Source: an uncultured Acidobacteriota bacterium (GTDB taxonomy: Bacteria; Acidobacteriota; Blastocatellia; RBC074). Taken from it: a stretch of DNA of 64,000 bases. Where the stretch lies: the NCBI GenBank assembly GCA_963796275.1, contig CAWCKY010000004.1:160001-224000 (forward strand), read 5' to 3'. This document shows positions 11,801 to 26,800 of the stretch, one piece after another. The stretch's first letter is position 1, and each line of letters begins with the position of its first letter. A program made the translations under genes and the position numbers. The notes beneath the pieces are model-generated. The model was not told where the DNA came from, did not search any database, and saw nothing but the letters and a program-made list of their open reading frames with translations.

Positions 11801-14800
11801 GACAGAGGTTTGAGCGGATTCTCTCTTCCTTCACAGTAAGCCTCGTAGAGCAGCGACAACTCCCGGTTGAAGACTCCTTCCGACCAGCCGTCCGAGACGA
11901 TGTGGTGCATCGTCCGCAGCAAGAGATGATCGCCCTCGCCCAGCTTGAGCAGCCTCATCCGCAGCAGCGGCCCGCACGCCAGGTCGAAAGGGAAGCTCGC
12001 TTCCTCCCGCAGTGCAGCCATGACATGTGCTTGTTGCTTCTCCTCATCGGGCCCACTTAAATCTTCCAAAAGCAGCTTGATCTGCAGCTCCGGCTCGATG
12101 ACCTGGAGAGGCTCTCCGTCGATCTCAGCAAAGTGCGTCCTCAGGCTCTCGTGACGGGAGATGATCGTATTGATCGTCTTCTCCAGAGCTTGGCAGTCGA
12201 GCTTTCCACACAACCGCAGGGCGCAGGGCATGTTGTACTCGGTGCTGGCTTCTCCCAGCCGGTCCAGAAACCACAGCCGATGTTGCGCATACGAGAGCGG
12301 CAGCCGCTCGGGCCGCTGCTGGCGCACCAGTGGAGGCGCTTTGTCGAAATTCCGCAGACGCGGGGCGAGGAGGGCAACAGTAGGCGACTCAAATAGCATC
12401 CGAATAGCCACTTCCACTCCCAGTGCCGCCCGCACTCGACTGACCAGGCGGGTCGCCAGCAGCGAGTGCCCCCCTAGTTCGAAGAAATTGTCGTCGATTC
12501 CAACTCTATGCTGACCCAACATTTCCCCAAACAATGAGCAAAGAATCTCCTCTTTTGGGCTGCGCGGCGCTCTATACACATCTGAGGAGATCAGCTCGGG
12601 CTCCGGCAGCCCTTTGCGATCCAGCTTGCCGTTGGGAGTCAGTGGCAGTGCTTCCATCTCGACGATCGCCGACGGCACCATGTACTCCGGCAGGCGTTGC
12701 GCTATCCACTGCCGCACAGCCCTGACATCAATGCTTCCGCCGGCTGTGGGCACCACATAACCCACCAGTCGCTTCTCTCCCGCACGATCTGCGCGCACCA
12801 CCACCGCCGCCTGCGCCACCTCCGGCAGTTCGCGCTGCGCCGCCTCGATCTCTCCCAACTCCACCCGGAAGCCCCGTATCTTCACCTGCTCATCGGCACG
12901 TCCCAGGAACTCCAGATTCCCATCTCTCCGCCAGCGCGCAAGATCTCCCGTCCGGTACATCCTCCTTCCAGCCTCTCCGTATGGGTCGGCCACGAATCGT
13001 TCCCCCGTCAGACCCGCCCTCTTCAGATATCCACGCGCCAGTTGCACTCCCCCAAGGTAGAGCTCTCCTCCCACTCCTACTGGCATCGGCTGCAGTTGCT
13101 CATTGAGCACATACAGCTGCGTGTTCCATACCGCGGCGCCGATCGGCACCGGAACCGATTCATCATCGGGCCGTGCTCTCCAGTAGCTGACATCCACCGC
13201 TGCTTCTGTCGGTCCATACAAGTTGTGCAGCTCGGCTTCCATCACCGCGTGGAATCGATCTCGCAATTGCCCCGGCAGTTCCTCCCCGCTACAAAATACT
13301 CGGCACAGTCTGATACCCCTTGCTGCCGGCTCGGCTAAAAACTGCTCCAGCATCGAGGGCACGAAATGTATGGTCGTGATTCCTTGCTCGCGAATGATCG
13401 AGGCCAGCCAGGCCGGATCTTTGTGACTATCTGGTGGCGCCACCACCAGCGTCGCCCCGGCAATCGGCGCCAGGAAGAACTCCCACACCGACACGTCGAA
13501 ACTTGCTGGTGTTTTCTGCAGTATCCGATCACCAGCCCCAATACCGTAGTGCTCACGCATCCACTCCAGCCGGTTGACGATCGCCTTGTGCTCGATCGCC
13601 GCCCCTTTGGGCCTCCCCGTAGAGCCGGATGTGTAGATGACATAAGCGGTATTGTCTGGTCTCAGAGCCCGCACTCGTTCCCGGTCTGTCGGGTTGATCT
13701 GTGAGCTCTGCTCCAGAGCCCGGGCCAGATCGGCCAGATCAGGTTGATCGAGTAATAAGCGACGTGGAGTCTCGGGCAGCCGTTCCGCCATCCGACTGAT
13801 TGGAGATCAGGCAAGCCGGCTCGGCATCCTCCAGCATAAAGGCCAGCTCGCTCGGCCGGATAATGCAGGATCGATCGGCAGATAGGCCGCCCCCGCCTTC
13901 AATATCCCCAGCAGCGCGACGATCATCTCCAAAGAACGCGGCAGGGCGAGGGCAACCACATCCTCCGGTCCAATCCCTTCATCCATCAGCACGTGTGCCA
14001 GGCGATTCGCCCGTTCATTCAACTCTCTGTAACTCAGCTCTTGCTCCCCAAAGACCACCGCCACGGCCTGTGGGCTCTTCTTCACCTGCTGCTCGAACAG
14101 CTCTACCAGCGTCGCCTGCGCTATCTCCCTCTCCGTCCGGTTCCACTCCTCCAGTATCTGCCTCCGCTCACCTCCATCCAGCAGCTCGATCCGCTTGATC
14201 GCCTGTCGCACATCGGCCGTCATCGACTCCATCATTCGCAGATAGTGGCGCCCCATCTGCTCCATCCGCCACCCATCGAACAAGTCCCGGTTATAGATCC
14301 AGTACAATCTCAGCTCTTCCTCTACCTCCCACGCGTGCACCTCCAGGTCATAGCGCACTCGCAGCTCATCTCCCGTCACCGGCTCCACCTCCAGCCCCTT
14401 CATCTGCTCCGGCATCCACGGCGCATTCTGCAACGCGAAGACTACCTGGAAGATCGGCGTCGTGTTCAGACTTCTTTCCGGCGACAACTCCTCCACCAGC
14501 CGCTCAAACGGCACATCCTGATGCTCATAGGCCTCCAACGCCACGCGCCTCACCTCTGCCACCAACTCCTCGATCCTCTTCTCCTCATCCACCCTCACCT
14601 TCATCACCAGCGTATTGACGAAGAATCCGATCATCTCCTCCAACTGCGTCTCCTGCCGGTTCGCGATCGGTGATCCCACCACCACCTCTTCCTGTCCGCT
14701 GTAGCGCTCCAGCAGCACCCCGAACCCCGCCAGCAATACCATATAGAGCGTCGCCTGCTGGCTCTGGCTGAGGCGCTTCAAGCCATCGACCTGCTCCCGG

Positions 14801-17800
14801 CTCAAACTCACCTGACACAGTTCCGCCGCGAAGCTCTGCACCGGTGGTCTGACTCTATCGGTCGGCAGCTCCAGCCGCTCCGGTATCCCCGCCAGCTGCT
14901 TACTCCAGTAGGCCAGCCCTCCTCGCAGCCCCTCCTGCTCCAGCCACTCTCTCTGCCACAAGGCGAAGTCGGCATACTGGACTGACAGAGGTCTGAGCGG
15001 ATTCTCTCTCCCCTCACAGTAAGCCTGGTAGAGCTCCGCCAGCTCCCGATTGAAGACTCCCTCCGACCACCCGTCCGAGACGATGTGGTGCATCGTTCGC
15101 AGCAGGATATAATCGCGTTCACCCAGCTTGAGCAGCTTCATCCGCAGCAGCGGCCCGCACCCCAGGTCGAAAGGGAGGCTCGCTTCTTCACGCAGTCCAG
15201 CCAGAACTCGTACTTGTCGCTCTTCTTCATCCAGCGCTGTCAAATCTTCCACCCGCAGCTCGATCCGCAGCTCCGGCTCGATGACCTGCACCGGCTCTCC
15301 CTCTATCTCCGCAAAGTGGGTGCGCAGGCTCTCGTGGCGGGTCACGATCGTATTGATCGTCTTCTCCAGCGCCTGCCGGTCCAGCTCTCCTCTCAACCGG
15401 AGCGCGACCGGCATGTTGTACTCGATGCTGCCCCCTGCCAGCCGGTCCAGAAACCAGAGTCGCTGCTGCGCATACGAAAGCGGCAGCCGCTCGGGCCGCT
15501 GCCGGCGCACCAGCGCAGCTCGTCCTATGGTGCTCTCACTCAGCCGCCGGCCCAGCTGCGCCACACTCGGCGATTCAAACAGCGTCCGAATCGCCAATTC
15601 CACTCCCAGCATCGCCCGCACTCGGCTCACCAGCCGCGTCGCCAGCAGAGAGTGTCCTCCGAGCTGGAAGAAGTTGTCGTCGATCCCTACTCGCTCTACT
15701 CCCAGCACCTCGGCGAACAATGAACAGAGAATCTCCTCGTGCGGGCTGCGCGGCGCTCTATACACATCTGTGGAGATCAACTCGGGCTCTGGCAGCGCCT
15801 TACGATCGAGCTTGCCATTTGGCGTCAGCGGCAGCTCTTCCATCTCGACGATCGCTGCCGGCACCATATAGTCTGGCAGACGTTGCGCCAACTGTTGTCG
15901 TAACGTGCCGGCATCAATGCTCTCCCCGGCTGCGGGCACCACATAGCCGGCCAGCAGTCTCTCGCCCGCACGATCCGCGCGCGCCATCACCGCTGCCTGC
16001 GCGACCTCCGGCAGCTCCCGCAGCGCCGCCTCGATCTCCCCCGGCTCGATCCGGAATCCTCGTATCTTCACCTGCTCATCGCTCCGCCCCACAAACTCCA
16101 GGTTCCCATCCGCTCGCCAGCGCGCCAGGTCTCCCGTCCGGTACATCCGCTCTCCCGCCTCTCCATTCGGATCCGCCACAAATCGTTCGCCTGTCAGCTC
16201 CGGGCGCTTCAGATATCCGCGCGCCAACCCAGCTCCCGCTATATACAGCTCTCCCACCACTCCCACCGGCGCCGGCTGCAGACTCCCGTCCAACACATAG
16301 ACTCGGGTGTTTGCTATCCCTCTGCCTATCGGAATGCGCTCCTCTTCTTTCTCTACTTTTTTGACTCTATACCATGTCGAAAATGTCGTTGTTTCGGTTG
16401 GTCCATAGACGTGTATTAACTGGTTCGGCGCTCCTTCTCTGAGGACAAGCTCCGGCCATTGGGGATCGACCGCCTCTCCTCCGAATAGCAAATATCGTAT
16501 CCCGCTAAATGCCTCTTTTGCTCCCCGCGCTACCTGGTTGAAAAGCGCCGTGGTCAAGAACATGACCGTAACCTTTTCATCCCTCAGTTTCCTGCTCAGA
16601 TCTGCCGGACTTAAGACTGTCGCTTTGTCGATCAATACCACCGATGCCCCATTCAACAGCGCTCCCCACACCTCGAAGGTCACTGCATCGAATGATGCGT
16701 TGGCTGCTTGTGCGATCCGATCCGTCTCGCGCAGCTCTACGTAATCGGTATTGATCACCAGCCGGGTAATCGCCTGGTGCGTTACCATTGTCCCCTTCGG
16801 CTTCCCGGTAGAACCCGAGGTATACATCACATAGGCCAGGTTTCGTGCATCAAAGCGGCCTTCAATATTTTCTCCACTCTCCTCAGCGATCCGCTCCCTC
16901 TCAACATCGAGCTCGATTTTTTTGCCCGTATAAGCGGGCAATTGCGGCTTCCATCTCTGTTGGACGAGCAAAACTGCGACTTGCGCATCCTCCAGCATAA
17001 AGGCGATCCGCTCGGCCGGATAGTCCGGGTCGATCGGCAGATAAGCCGCTCCCGCCTTCAATATCCCCAGCAGCGCGACGATCATCTCCAAAGAACGCGG
17101 CAGGGCGAGGGCAACCACGTCCTCCGGTCCAATCCCTTCATCCATCAGCACGTGTGCCAGCCGATTGGCCCGTTCATTCAACTCTCTGTAGTTCAGCTCT
17201 TGCTCCCCAAAGACCACCGCCACGGCCTGTGGGCTCTTCTTCACCTGCTGCTCGAACAGCTCTACCAGCGTCGCCTGCGCTATCTCCCTCTCCGTCCGGT
17301 TCCACTCCTCCAGTATCTGCCTCCGCTCACCTCCATCCAGCAGCTCGATCCGCTTGATCGCCTGTCGCACATCGGCCGTCATCGACTCCACCACTCGCAG
17401 ATAGTGGCGCCCCATCTGCTCCATCCGCCACCCATCGAACAAGTCCCGGTTATATATCCAGTACAATCTCAGCTCTTCCTCTACCTCCCACGCGTGCACC
17501 TCCAGGTCATAGCGCACTCGCAGCTCATCTCCCGTCACCGGCTCCACCTCCAGCCCCTTCATCTGCTCCGGCATCCACGGCGCATTCTGCAACGCGAAGA
17601 CTACCTGGAAGATCGGCGTCGTGTTCAGACTTCTTTCCGGCGACAACTCCTCCACCAGCCGCTCGAACGGCACATCCTGATGCTCATAGGCCTCCAACGC
17701 CACGCGCCTCGCCTCTGCCACCAACTCCTCGATCCTCTTCTCCTCATCCACCCTCACCTTCATCACCAGCGTATTGACGAAGAATCCGATCATCTCCTCC

Positions 17801-20800
17801 AACTGCGTCTCCTGCCGGTTCGCGATCGGTGATCCCACCACCACCTCTTCCTGTCCGCTGTAGCGCTCCAGCAGCACCCCGAACCCCGCCAGCAATACCA
17901 TATAGAGCGTCGCCTGCTGGCTCTGGCTGAGGCGCTTCAAGCCATCGACCTGCTCCCGGCTCAAACTCACCTGACACAGTTCCGCCGCGAAGCTCTGCAC
18001 CGGTGGTCTGACTCTATCGGTCGGCAACTCCAGCCGCTCCGGTATCCCCGCCAGCTGCTTACTCCAGTAGGCCAGCCCTCCTCGCAGCCCCTCCTGCTCC
18101 AGCCACTCTCTCTGCCACAAGGCGAAGTCGGCATACTGGACTGACAGAGGTCTGAGCGGATTCTCTCTCCCCTCACAGAACGCCTGGTAGAGCTCAGCCA
18201 GCTCCCGATTGAAGACTCCCTCCGACCACCCGTCCGAGACGATGTGGTGCATCGTTCGCAGCAGGATATAATCGCGCTCACCCAGCTTGAGCAGCTTCAT
18301 CCGCAGCAGCGGCCCGCACCCCAGGTCGAAAGGGAGGCTCGCTTCTTCACGCAGTCCAGCCAGAACTCGTACTTGTCGCTCTTCTTCATCCAACGCTGTC
18401 AAATCTTCCGCCCGCAGCTCGATCCGCAGCTCCGGCTCGATGACCTGCACCGGCTCTCCCTCTATCTCCGTAAAGTGGGTGCGCAGGCTCTCGTGGCGGG
18501 TCACGATCGTATTGATCGTCTTCTCCAGCGCCTGCCGGTCCAGCTCTCCTCTCAACCGGAGCGCGACCGGCATGTTGTACTCGATGCTGCCCCCTGCCAG
18601 CCGGTCCAGAAACCAGAGTCGCTGCTGCGCATACGAAAGCGGCAGCCGCTCGGGCCGCTGCCGGCGCACCAGCGCAGCTCGTCCTATGGTGCTCTCACTC
18701 AGCCGCCGGCCCAGCTGCGCCACACTCGGCGATTCAAACAGCGTCCGAATCGCCAATTCCACTCCCAGCATCGCCCGCACTCGGCTCACCAGCCGCGTCG
18801 CCAGCAGAGAGTGTCCTCCGAGCTGGAAGAAGTTGTCGTCGATCCCTACTCGCTCTACTCCCAGCACCTCGGCGAACAATGAACAGAGAATCTCCTCGTG
18901 CGGGCTGCGCGGCGCTCTATACACATCTGTGGAGATCAACTCGGGCTCTGGCAGCGCCTTACGATCGAGCTTGCCATTTGGCGTCATTGGCAGCTCTTCC
19001 ATCTCGACGATCGCTGCCGGCACCATATACTCCGGCAAGCGGTGTGCTATGCGCTGCCGCACCGCCTTGGCATCAATGCTCTCCCCGGCTGCGGGCACCA
19101 TATAGCCGGCCAGCCGTCTCTCGCCCGCACGATCCTCGCGCGCCACCACAGCTGCCTGCGCGACCTCCGGCAACTCTCGCAGCGCCGCCTCGATCTCCCC
19201 CGGCTCGATCCGGTAGCCCCGTACCTTCACTTGTTCATCGGCTCGTCCCAGAAACTCCAGGCTGCCGTCGATCCGCCAGCGCGCAAGGTCTCCGGTGCGA
19301 TAGATTCGGTTTCCCGGCTCGCCGTTGGGATCGGCCACGAATCGCTCAGCCGTCAAGGCTGCTCGCTTCAGATATCCGCGCGCCAGCCCTGCTCCCGCCA
19401 GGTAGAGTTCTCCCGCCACTCCCACTGGCGCTGCTCGCAGGCTCCCGTCCAACACGTACAAGCGCGTGTTGCTGATCGGCTCTCCTATCGGAACCGGCTC
19501 CAGTCCCCCACCTTCGTTACATTCCCAGTAGCTCGCGTCAATCGTCGCTTCTGTCGGCCCATAAAGATTGATTATTCTCGCACCGCTCACCGCCTGAAAC
19601 TTCTCTATCAAATCCCACGCAAGTGCTTCTCCACCGCAGAACATCCGCTTCAGCCTCCGACACTTCTCCCATCCTTCTTCCTCCACCATTGCCTGTAGCA
19701 GCTTCGGTACCACCTGCACGATGCTGATCTCCCGTTCTGCTATCTCAGCCATCAAATAAGCACTGTCGCGATGACCGCCAGGTCTGGCTATGACAAGCTG
19801 CGCCCCCACCAGCAGCGGCGCGTAAAACTCCCACACCGAGGCATCAAAACTGAATGGAGTTTTTTGGAGAACGCGGTCATCCTCACTCAAAGCAAAACGT
19901 TCCTGCATCCAGAGCATATGGTTAAGAAGAGCGCCGTGTGAGATCATCGTTCCCTTGGGGTCTCCCGTCGAGCCAGAGGTATAGATGACATAGGCGATAT
20001 TCTCAGAGGTTATTTTGGTCAACGGTGACGACTCAGTCTCAGAACCGAAAGCTGTCGGATCGGCATCAATAAATATCAAATTACGCCGAGAACCGCTCAA
20101 TCGATCGCGCAAATATCGCTGAGTCGAGGATGATTGGCACATGTGCGGTTTCAAGCATGAATGACAGCCGCTCCAGCGGATAATCTGTATCCAGCGGCAG
20201 ATAGGCCGCTCCTGCTTTGAGAATCCCCAGCATCCCCACTACCATCTCAATGCTGCGCTCCAAACATAGGCCCACGCATATCTCTGGTCCGATCCCCTCA
20301 CCGATCAACAGGTGCGCCAGCCGGTTGACTCGCTCGTTCAACTCTCGGTAATTAAGCACTTGTTCGCCGGAGACAACTGCCACCGCCTCCGGCGTTCTTC
20401 GGACCTGCTGCTCGAACAGCTCTACCACTGTCGTCTCTGGTATCTCTCGCGTTCGTTCGGTTCCACCCCTGGAGTATCTGCCTTCGCTCACCCTCCTCCA
20501 GCAGCTCGATGCTTTTGATCGCCTTGCGGCCATCAGCCGTCATCGCCTCCACCACTCGCAGATAGTGGCGCCCCATCTGCTCCATCCGCCAACCATCGAA
20601 CAAGTCCCGGTTATAGACCCAGGACAGCCGATATCGCCCTCCCACTCCCAGGCGTGCACTTCCAGGTCGTATTTCACTCGCAGCTCATCTCCCATCACCG
20701 GCCCCACCTCCAAGCCCTTCATCTGCTCCGGCATCCACGGCGCATTCTGCAGCGCGAAGACCACCTGGAAGATCGGCGTCGTATTGAGACTCCGCTCCGG

Positions 20801-23800
20801 CGAGAACCCCTCCACTAACCGCTCAAACGGCACATCCTGGTGCTCATACCCCTCCAACGCCACTCGCCTCACCTCGCCAGCAACTGCTCGATCCTCTTCT
20901 CTTCATCTACCCTTATCCTCATCGCCAACGAGTTGACGAAGAATCCGATCATCTCCTCCAACTCCGCCTCCTGCCGGTTCGCGATCGGTGATCCCACCAC
21001 GATCTCTTCCTGTCCGCTGTATCGCTCCAGCAGCACCCCGAACCCTGCCAGCAATACCATATAGAGCGTCGCCTGCTGGCTCTGGCTGAGCGTTTGAGAC
21101 GCTCGACTGATCAGCGCTCAAGCTTCATCTGGCACAGCTCTGCATCGATAGGTCTGCACCGTCGGTCGCACCTATCGGTCGGCAACTCCAGCCGTTCCGG
21201 TATCCCGGCCAGCTGCTCTTTCCAGTAGCCCAGTCCCCCTGCCAGGACCTCCTGCTCCAGCCACTCTCTCTGCCACAAGGCGAAGTCGGCATACTGCACT
21301 GACAGAGGCTTGAGCGGATTCTCTCTCCCTTCACAGTAAGCCTCGTAGAGCAGCGCACAACTCCCGGTTGAAGACCCCTTCCGACCAGCCGTCCGAGACG
21401 ATGTGGTGCATCGTCCTCAGCAGGAGATGATCGCCTTCGCCCAGCTTGAGCAGCCTCATCCGCAGCAGCGGACCGCAGGCCAGGTCAAAAGGAAGGCTCG
21501 CTTCCTCCCGCAGTTCTGCCATGACACGCGCCAGCTCGTTCCAGTTCGCTCAGCTTGCTCAGGTCTTCTATGGGAATTTCGACGATCAGCTCCGGTTCGA
21601 TGACTTGCACCGGCTTTCCTTCGATCTCGGCAAAGCGGGTGCGCAGGCTTTCGTGGCGGGCCACGATGGTGTTGATGCTCTTCTCCAGCGCCTGCCGGTC
21701 GAGCTCTCCCCGCAGTCGGAGAGCGATGCGCATGTTGTATTCGATGCTGGTTCCTCCCAACCGATCGAGAAACCAGAGCCGCTGCTGCGCATACGAGAGC
21801 GGCAGCCGCTCGGGGCGCTGCTGGCGCACAAGCGGAGGCGCTTTGTCGGAATTACGCAGGCGCGGGGCGAGGAGCGCGACAGTGGGTGACTCAAACAGCG
21901 TCCGTATCGCCAGTTCCACTCCCAGCATCGCCCGCACCCGGCTCACCAGGCGCGTCGCCATCAGCGAGTGGCCTCCGAGCTCAAAGAAGTTGTCCTCGAT
22001 CCCTACCCGTGGCAGGCCCAGCACCTCCGCAAAGAGTAAGCAGAGAATCTCCTCTTTCGGACTGCGCGGCCCTCTCCAGACAGCTGTCGAGACCAGCTCC
22101 GGTTCCGGCAGTCCCTTGCGATCCAGCTTACCGTTCGGCGTCAACGGCAGTGCTTCCATCTCGACGATCGCCGACGGCACCATATAGTCGGGCAAACGTT
22201 GCGCCAGCCGTTGTCGCAATGTGCCGGTATCGATGCTCCGCTCCGGCGCAGGCACGACATAGCCGACCAGCAGCTTCTCGCCCGCACGATCCTCGCGCAC
22301 CACCACCGCCGCCTGTGTCACCTCCGGCAGTTCGCGCAGCGCCGCCTCGATCTCTCCCGGCTCGATCCGGAAGCCCCGTATCTTCACCTGCTGATCCGCT
22401 CTCCCCAGAAACTCCAGATTCCCATCTCTCCGCCATCTCGCCAGGTCTCCCGTCCGGTACATCCTCGTTCCCGTCTCTCCGTATGGATCCGCCACAAATC
22501 GCTCGGCCGTCATCCCCGCTCGCTTCTGATATCCGCGCGCCAATCCCGGCCCAGCGATATAGAGCTCCCCTCCCACTCCCACTGGCGCCGGCTGCATACT
22601 TCCATCCAAGACGTACACCCGCGTGTTGCTGATCGGTTGCCCTATCGCTATCGTCTCCTCTTCTTTGATCTCCTCTCGACTAACTTCTCTCCATGTCGCA
22701 AAAGTCGTCGTCTCTGTTGGCCCGTAGACGTGCAGCAGCCGCTCTGGCCCCTCTTGTTTGAGCACCTCCGCCACCCATACGGATCTACTTTCTCTCCGCC
22801 AAATAAGATCTCCCGGCAACCCTTGAACGCCCTCGGTTCGGATCGTGCCACCTGGTTAAATAACGCCGTGGTCAGAAAGATTGTGCTAACCTCTTCCGCT
22901 ATCAATTCCTCGGCGAGCAACCCAGGTTGCAACAATAGATCGCGACTGATGCAATGCAATCGCGCTCCATGCACTAATGCCCCCCATATCTCAAAGGTCG
23001 CTGCATCAAATGAGATGGTCGATGCCTGCGCTATTACATCCATCTCTCTGATCTCGACGTAGTCTGTCTGACATACCAGGCGCGCTACTCCCCGATGCGT
23101 AACCTCAATCCCTTTTGGCTCCCCGGTCGATCCCGACGTGTAGATCACATACGCCAGGTTATCTCCGCACACCTCTACCCTCGGATTCTCCCTCACATCC
23201 TCCGCCTCTGCCTCCACTGTTGACAGATTGATTACTTCTGCGTCGCTACCGGCCAGCCGTTCGCCCTGCAACCGGTCACTCACCACTACTCTGGCTCCGC
23301 TATCTCTCACCATATAGAGCAGCCGCGACGGCGGGTACTCGGGATCCAGCGGCAGATAGGCGGCGCCCGCCTTCACGATACCTAGAATACCTATTACCAC
23401 CTCTATCCCACGCTCCAAACAGACTCCCACCACATCATCTCGCTCCACCCCTAGTCTCCGCAGGTAATGCGCTAATCGGTTGGCCCGCTCATTCAATTTT
23501 CCATAGCTGATCTTCTTATCCCCACTCTTTATCGCCACGGCCTCAGGTGTTCTTTGTACTTGCTCCTCAAACAACTCCACCAACGTCGCCTCTGGTATCT
23601 CCCGCTTCGTCCTGTTCCATTCCTCCACTATCTGGCGCCGCTCCACTTCCGGCACTACTTCAATTTCCCTCACCTCTGTCCCAGGCGCTCTCTCCAGCGC
23701 CTCCACTATCTGCTCCAGCGCCATCCGCATATATTCACAGATTCTTCTCGCCTCGATCGGTCTCACCGCTTGCGCCGTCAGCACGAATCCTTCTCCCAGA

Positions 23801-26800
23801 TCATCCACTGACAGGGTCAGCGGGTAGTTGGTCCGCTCTTCGGTGTCAATCACCTCGATGCCGGCCCAGCCATCTCCCGCCTCGAGCGATCGCGCCACCT
23901 CCTGCCGAGTGTGCCGGTAGTTGAGCAACGCACTGAACAGCGGCCTCGGCGCCTCCACCCCACTGCACCTTTGCGCCGACGCCAGCGACGCGTGTTCGTA
24001 CCTCATCAGCTCTCCCAGCTGCTTGTGCGTTTCTCTCACGCTCCGCTCCACACTCGCTTTCCCCACTCGTACCCGGGTCGGCAACGTGTTGATGAACATT
24101 CCCAGCACTCGCTCCGCTCCCTCTCCTCCTCCCATTCGCCCTAACAACACCGTCCCGAACACCACATCTTCCTCTCCTGACACTCGCCCAAGCACTCGCC
24201 CCCACGCCACGTGACACACGCTCGCCGCGCTCACCTCAAGCGCCCGCGCTCTCTCCCTCAACCGCCTCGCCAACCTCTCCTCCACCTCCATCCGCACTTC
24301 CTCTATCTCCCTCCCATCCCCTCGCACTTCCAGTAACCCATACGGCGCCGCCGGCTCTTCCACATCTCCAGCATCTCCCGGAAGAACCTCTCCTCTTCAC
24401 CACGCTCCTCCCTTAGCCGCCCAGCCCACACAAACTTTCGGTATGCCACCGGCTCTCGCAGTCGATCACTCTCTCCCTTCAGGCAGGCGCTCACCTCCTC
24501 GATCATTGCCTCCAGCGTCGTGTGATCCATCGTCAAATGGTGCAACAACCACAGCAGCAGCCACCTCCCACTGGCTCCATCCCGCGCCACCACCAGCCTC
24601 ATCATCGGCGCCTGACTCACATCCACTCTCATCCGCCGCGGATCGTACCGCTCTCGCAGTTGTTCGACCGCCTCCCCATCCCCTTCATCCAACTCCACCT
24701 CCTCCACCTCCAACCGCGCCTCCCGCCAGACTACCTGCACCGGCTCTCGCAATCCCTCCCACACCACCGCCGTCCTCAATATGTCGTGCCGCGCGATCAC
24801 CTCCCTCATCGCCCCCACCACTCTCTCCATTCGTTCTCGCCCATCGATGGCAAAAATCATTCGCAGTAGGTACGTATCCCCTCTCCTATTCATCATGTGA
24901 TGGAACAGTATCCCTTCCTGCAGCGGCGCCAGCGGGTAGATGTCCTGCACGTTGGCCGCCCCTCCTGCCACTCTCCCCACCACTTCATCGATCTCTCCCT
25001 GCGTCATCTCCACCAGCGGCAGCATCTCCGGCGTGATCTTCCGCATCCCTCTGGGATCAGATTGGGCGGCACCTCTAACTCCGCCTCTCTTACTCCTTCT
25101 ATCGCCCGGGCCAACCCCTCCAAAGTCGGCTCCCGGAACAGCGTCCGCACCTCCGTCGCCAGCCCCTCCCTCCTCATCCGCTCGATCATCTTCACCCCAA
25201 GCAGCGAATGGCCCCCCAGTTCAAAGAAATTGTCCCGCCGTCCCACTCTCTCCACCCCAAGCACTTCTTCCCATATCTCCGCCAATTTTCTCTCTATCTC
25301 TCTCTCCGGCGGCTCATACCCACCCCTCGCATTGGCATCCCACTTCGGCGCCGGCAATGCCCGCCGGTCCAGTTTCCCGTTAGGTGTCAGCGGCAGGACC
25401 TCCAGTTCCACGATCGCCGCCGGCACCATATAGTCGGGCAGCCTTTGCCCTAACTGTTGCCGGACCGCGCTCTGATCGATGCTTTGCCCTCGGGCCGCTA
25501 CCACGTATCCCACCAGCCGCTTCTCTCCCGGCACTTCCTCCCGCGCCACCACTGCCGCATCTCAACCTCCTCGCAGCTCTCGCAGCGCCGCCTCGATCCG
25601 CCCGTTTCACCCGGAACCCTCGTATCTTCACCTGCTGATCCACCTTCGCCCCAGGAACCCAGTGTTCCCATCCGTCACGCCATCTCTGCCAGGGTCTCCT
25701 GTCCGGTACATCCTCGTTCCAGGCTCCCTCCCTATTTCGATCGGGTACCGAATCGCTCGGCCGTCAGCGCCTGCTCGCTTCAGATATCCGCGCGCCAGCC
25801 CTGCCCCCGCGATAGAGCTCCCCAGCCACTCCCACAGGGACCGGCTGCATGCTCCCGTTCAAAACGTAGACGCGCGTGTTCCAGTTTGGCCGCCTATCGG
25901 CGGTCCCTCCCCTCCCGATAACGGCCCGCACAGAGTCGAGGAAGCTGTCGTCTCTGTCGGACCATAGGAATTGATTATTCGCCTCCCCTCCGCCCAGCTC
26001 GACACCAGTTCTGCCGAACACGCTTCGCCTCCCACTATCAGCGTCTGTAGATCGGGTATCTCACCGAATCGGGAGACTCGCCAATGTAGCAGGTGGAATC
26101 GGCGCATGACTGATCCTCTCATCGACCAGCATGCCCGTTAATAGATAGCCAGCCATCAATCCCGGACGCGGAAGCACCAAAGTGGCTCCCGCGGCGAACG
26201 CCATCAAAACTTCCATGACCGCCGCATCGAAGCTGGGAGATGACAACTGAAGAACACGCGCAGCGGGTGTCAGAGCGAAACGCTCGATCTGGAGTTCAGC
26301 GAGGCTGGGAAGGCCGACGTGGGAGATGACGGCACCTTTGGGAGTGCCGGTAGAACCGGAAGTATAGATGACATATGCCGGATTCTGTGCCCTCAGAGGC
26401 CTGAGACGCTCCATCTCTCCCGGATTGGTGCTCAGTTTCCGCTCCAGCGCTTCGGCCTGCTCAGGTTGATCAAGCAGCAGGCGGCGTGTCGCACTCCACG
26501 GCAACCGCTCCGCCTCTTCTCTCATGCTCAGCAGCAGCGCAGGCTCGGCATCCGCAATCATAAAGGCGATCCGCTCAGCCGGATACTCCAGGTCGATCGG
26601 CAGATATGCCCCCCCGGCCTTCAATATCCCCAGTTGCGCGATGATCATCTCTAACGATCGCGGCAGCGCCAGCGCCACCACATCCTCCGGCCCAATCCCC
26701 TCAGCGATCAACAGGTGCGCCAGCCTATTGGCTCGCTCGTTCAACTTCGCATAGGTTAGCTCCCGCTCCTGGTAGACCACCGCCACTGCCCCGGGGCTTT

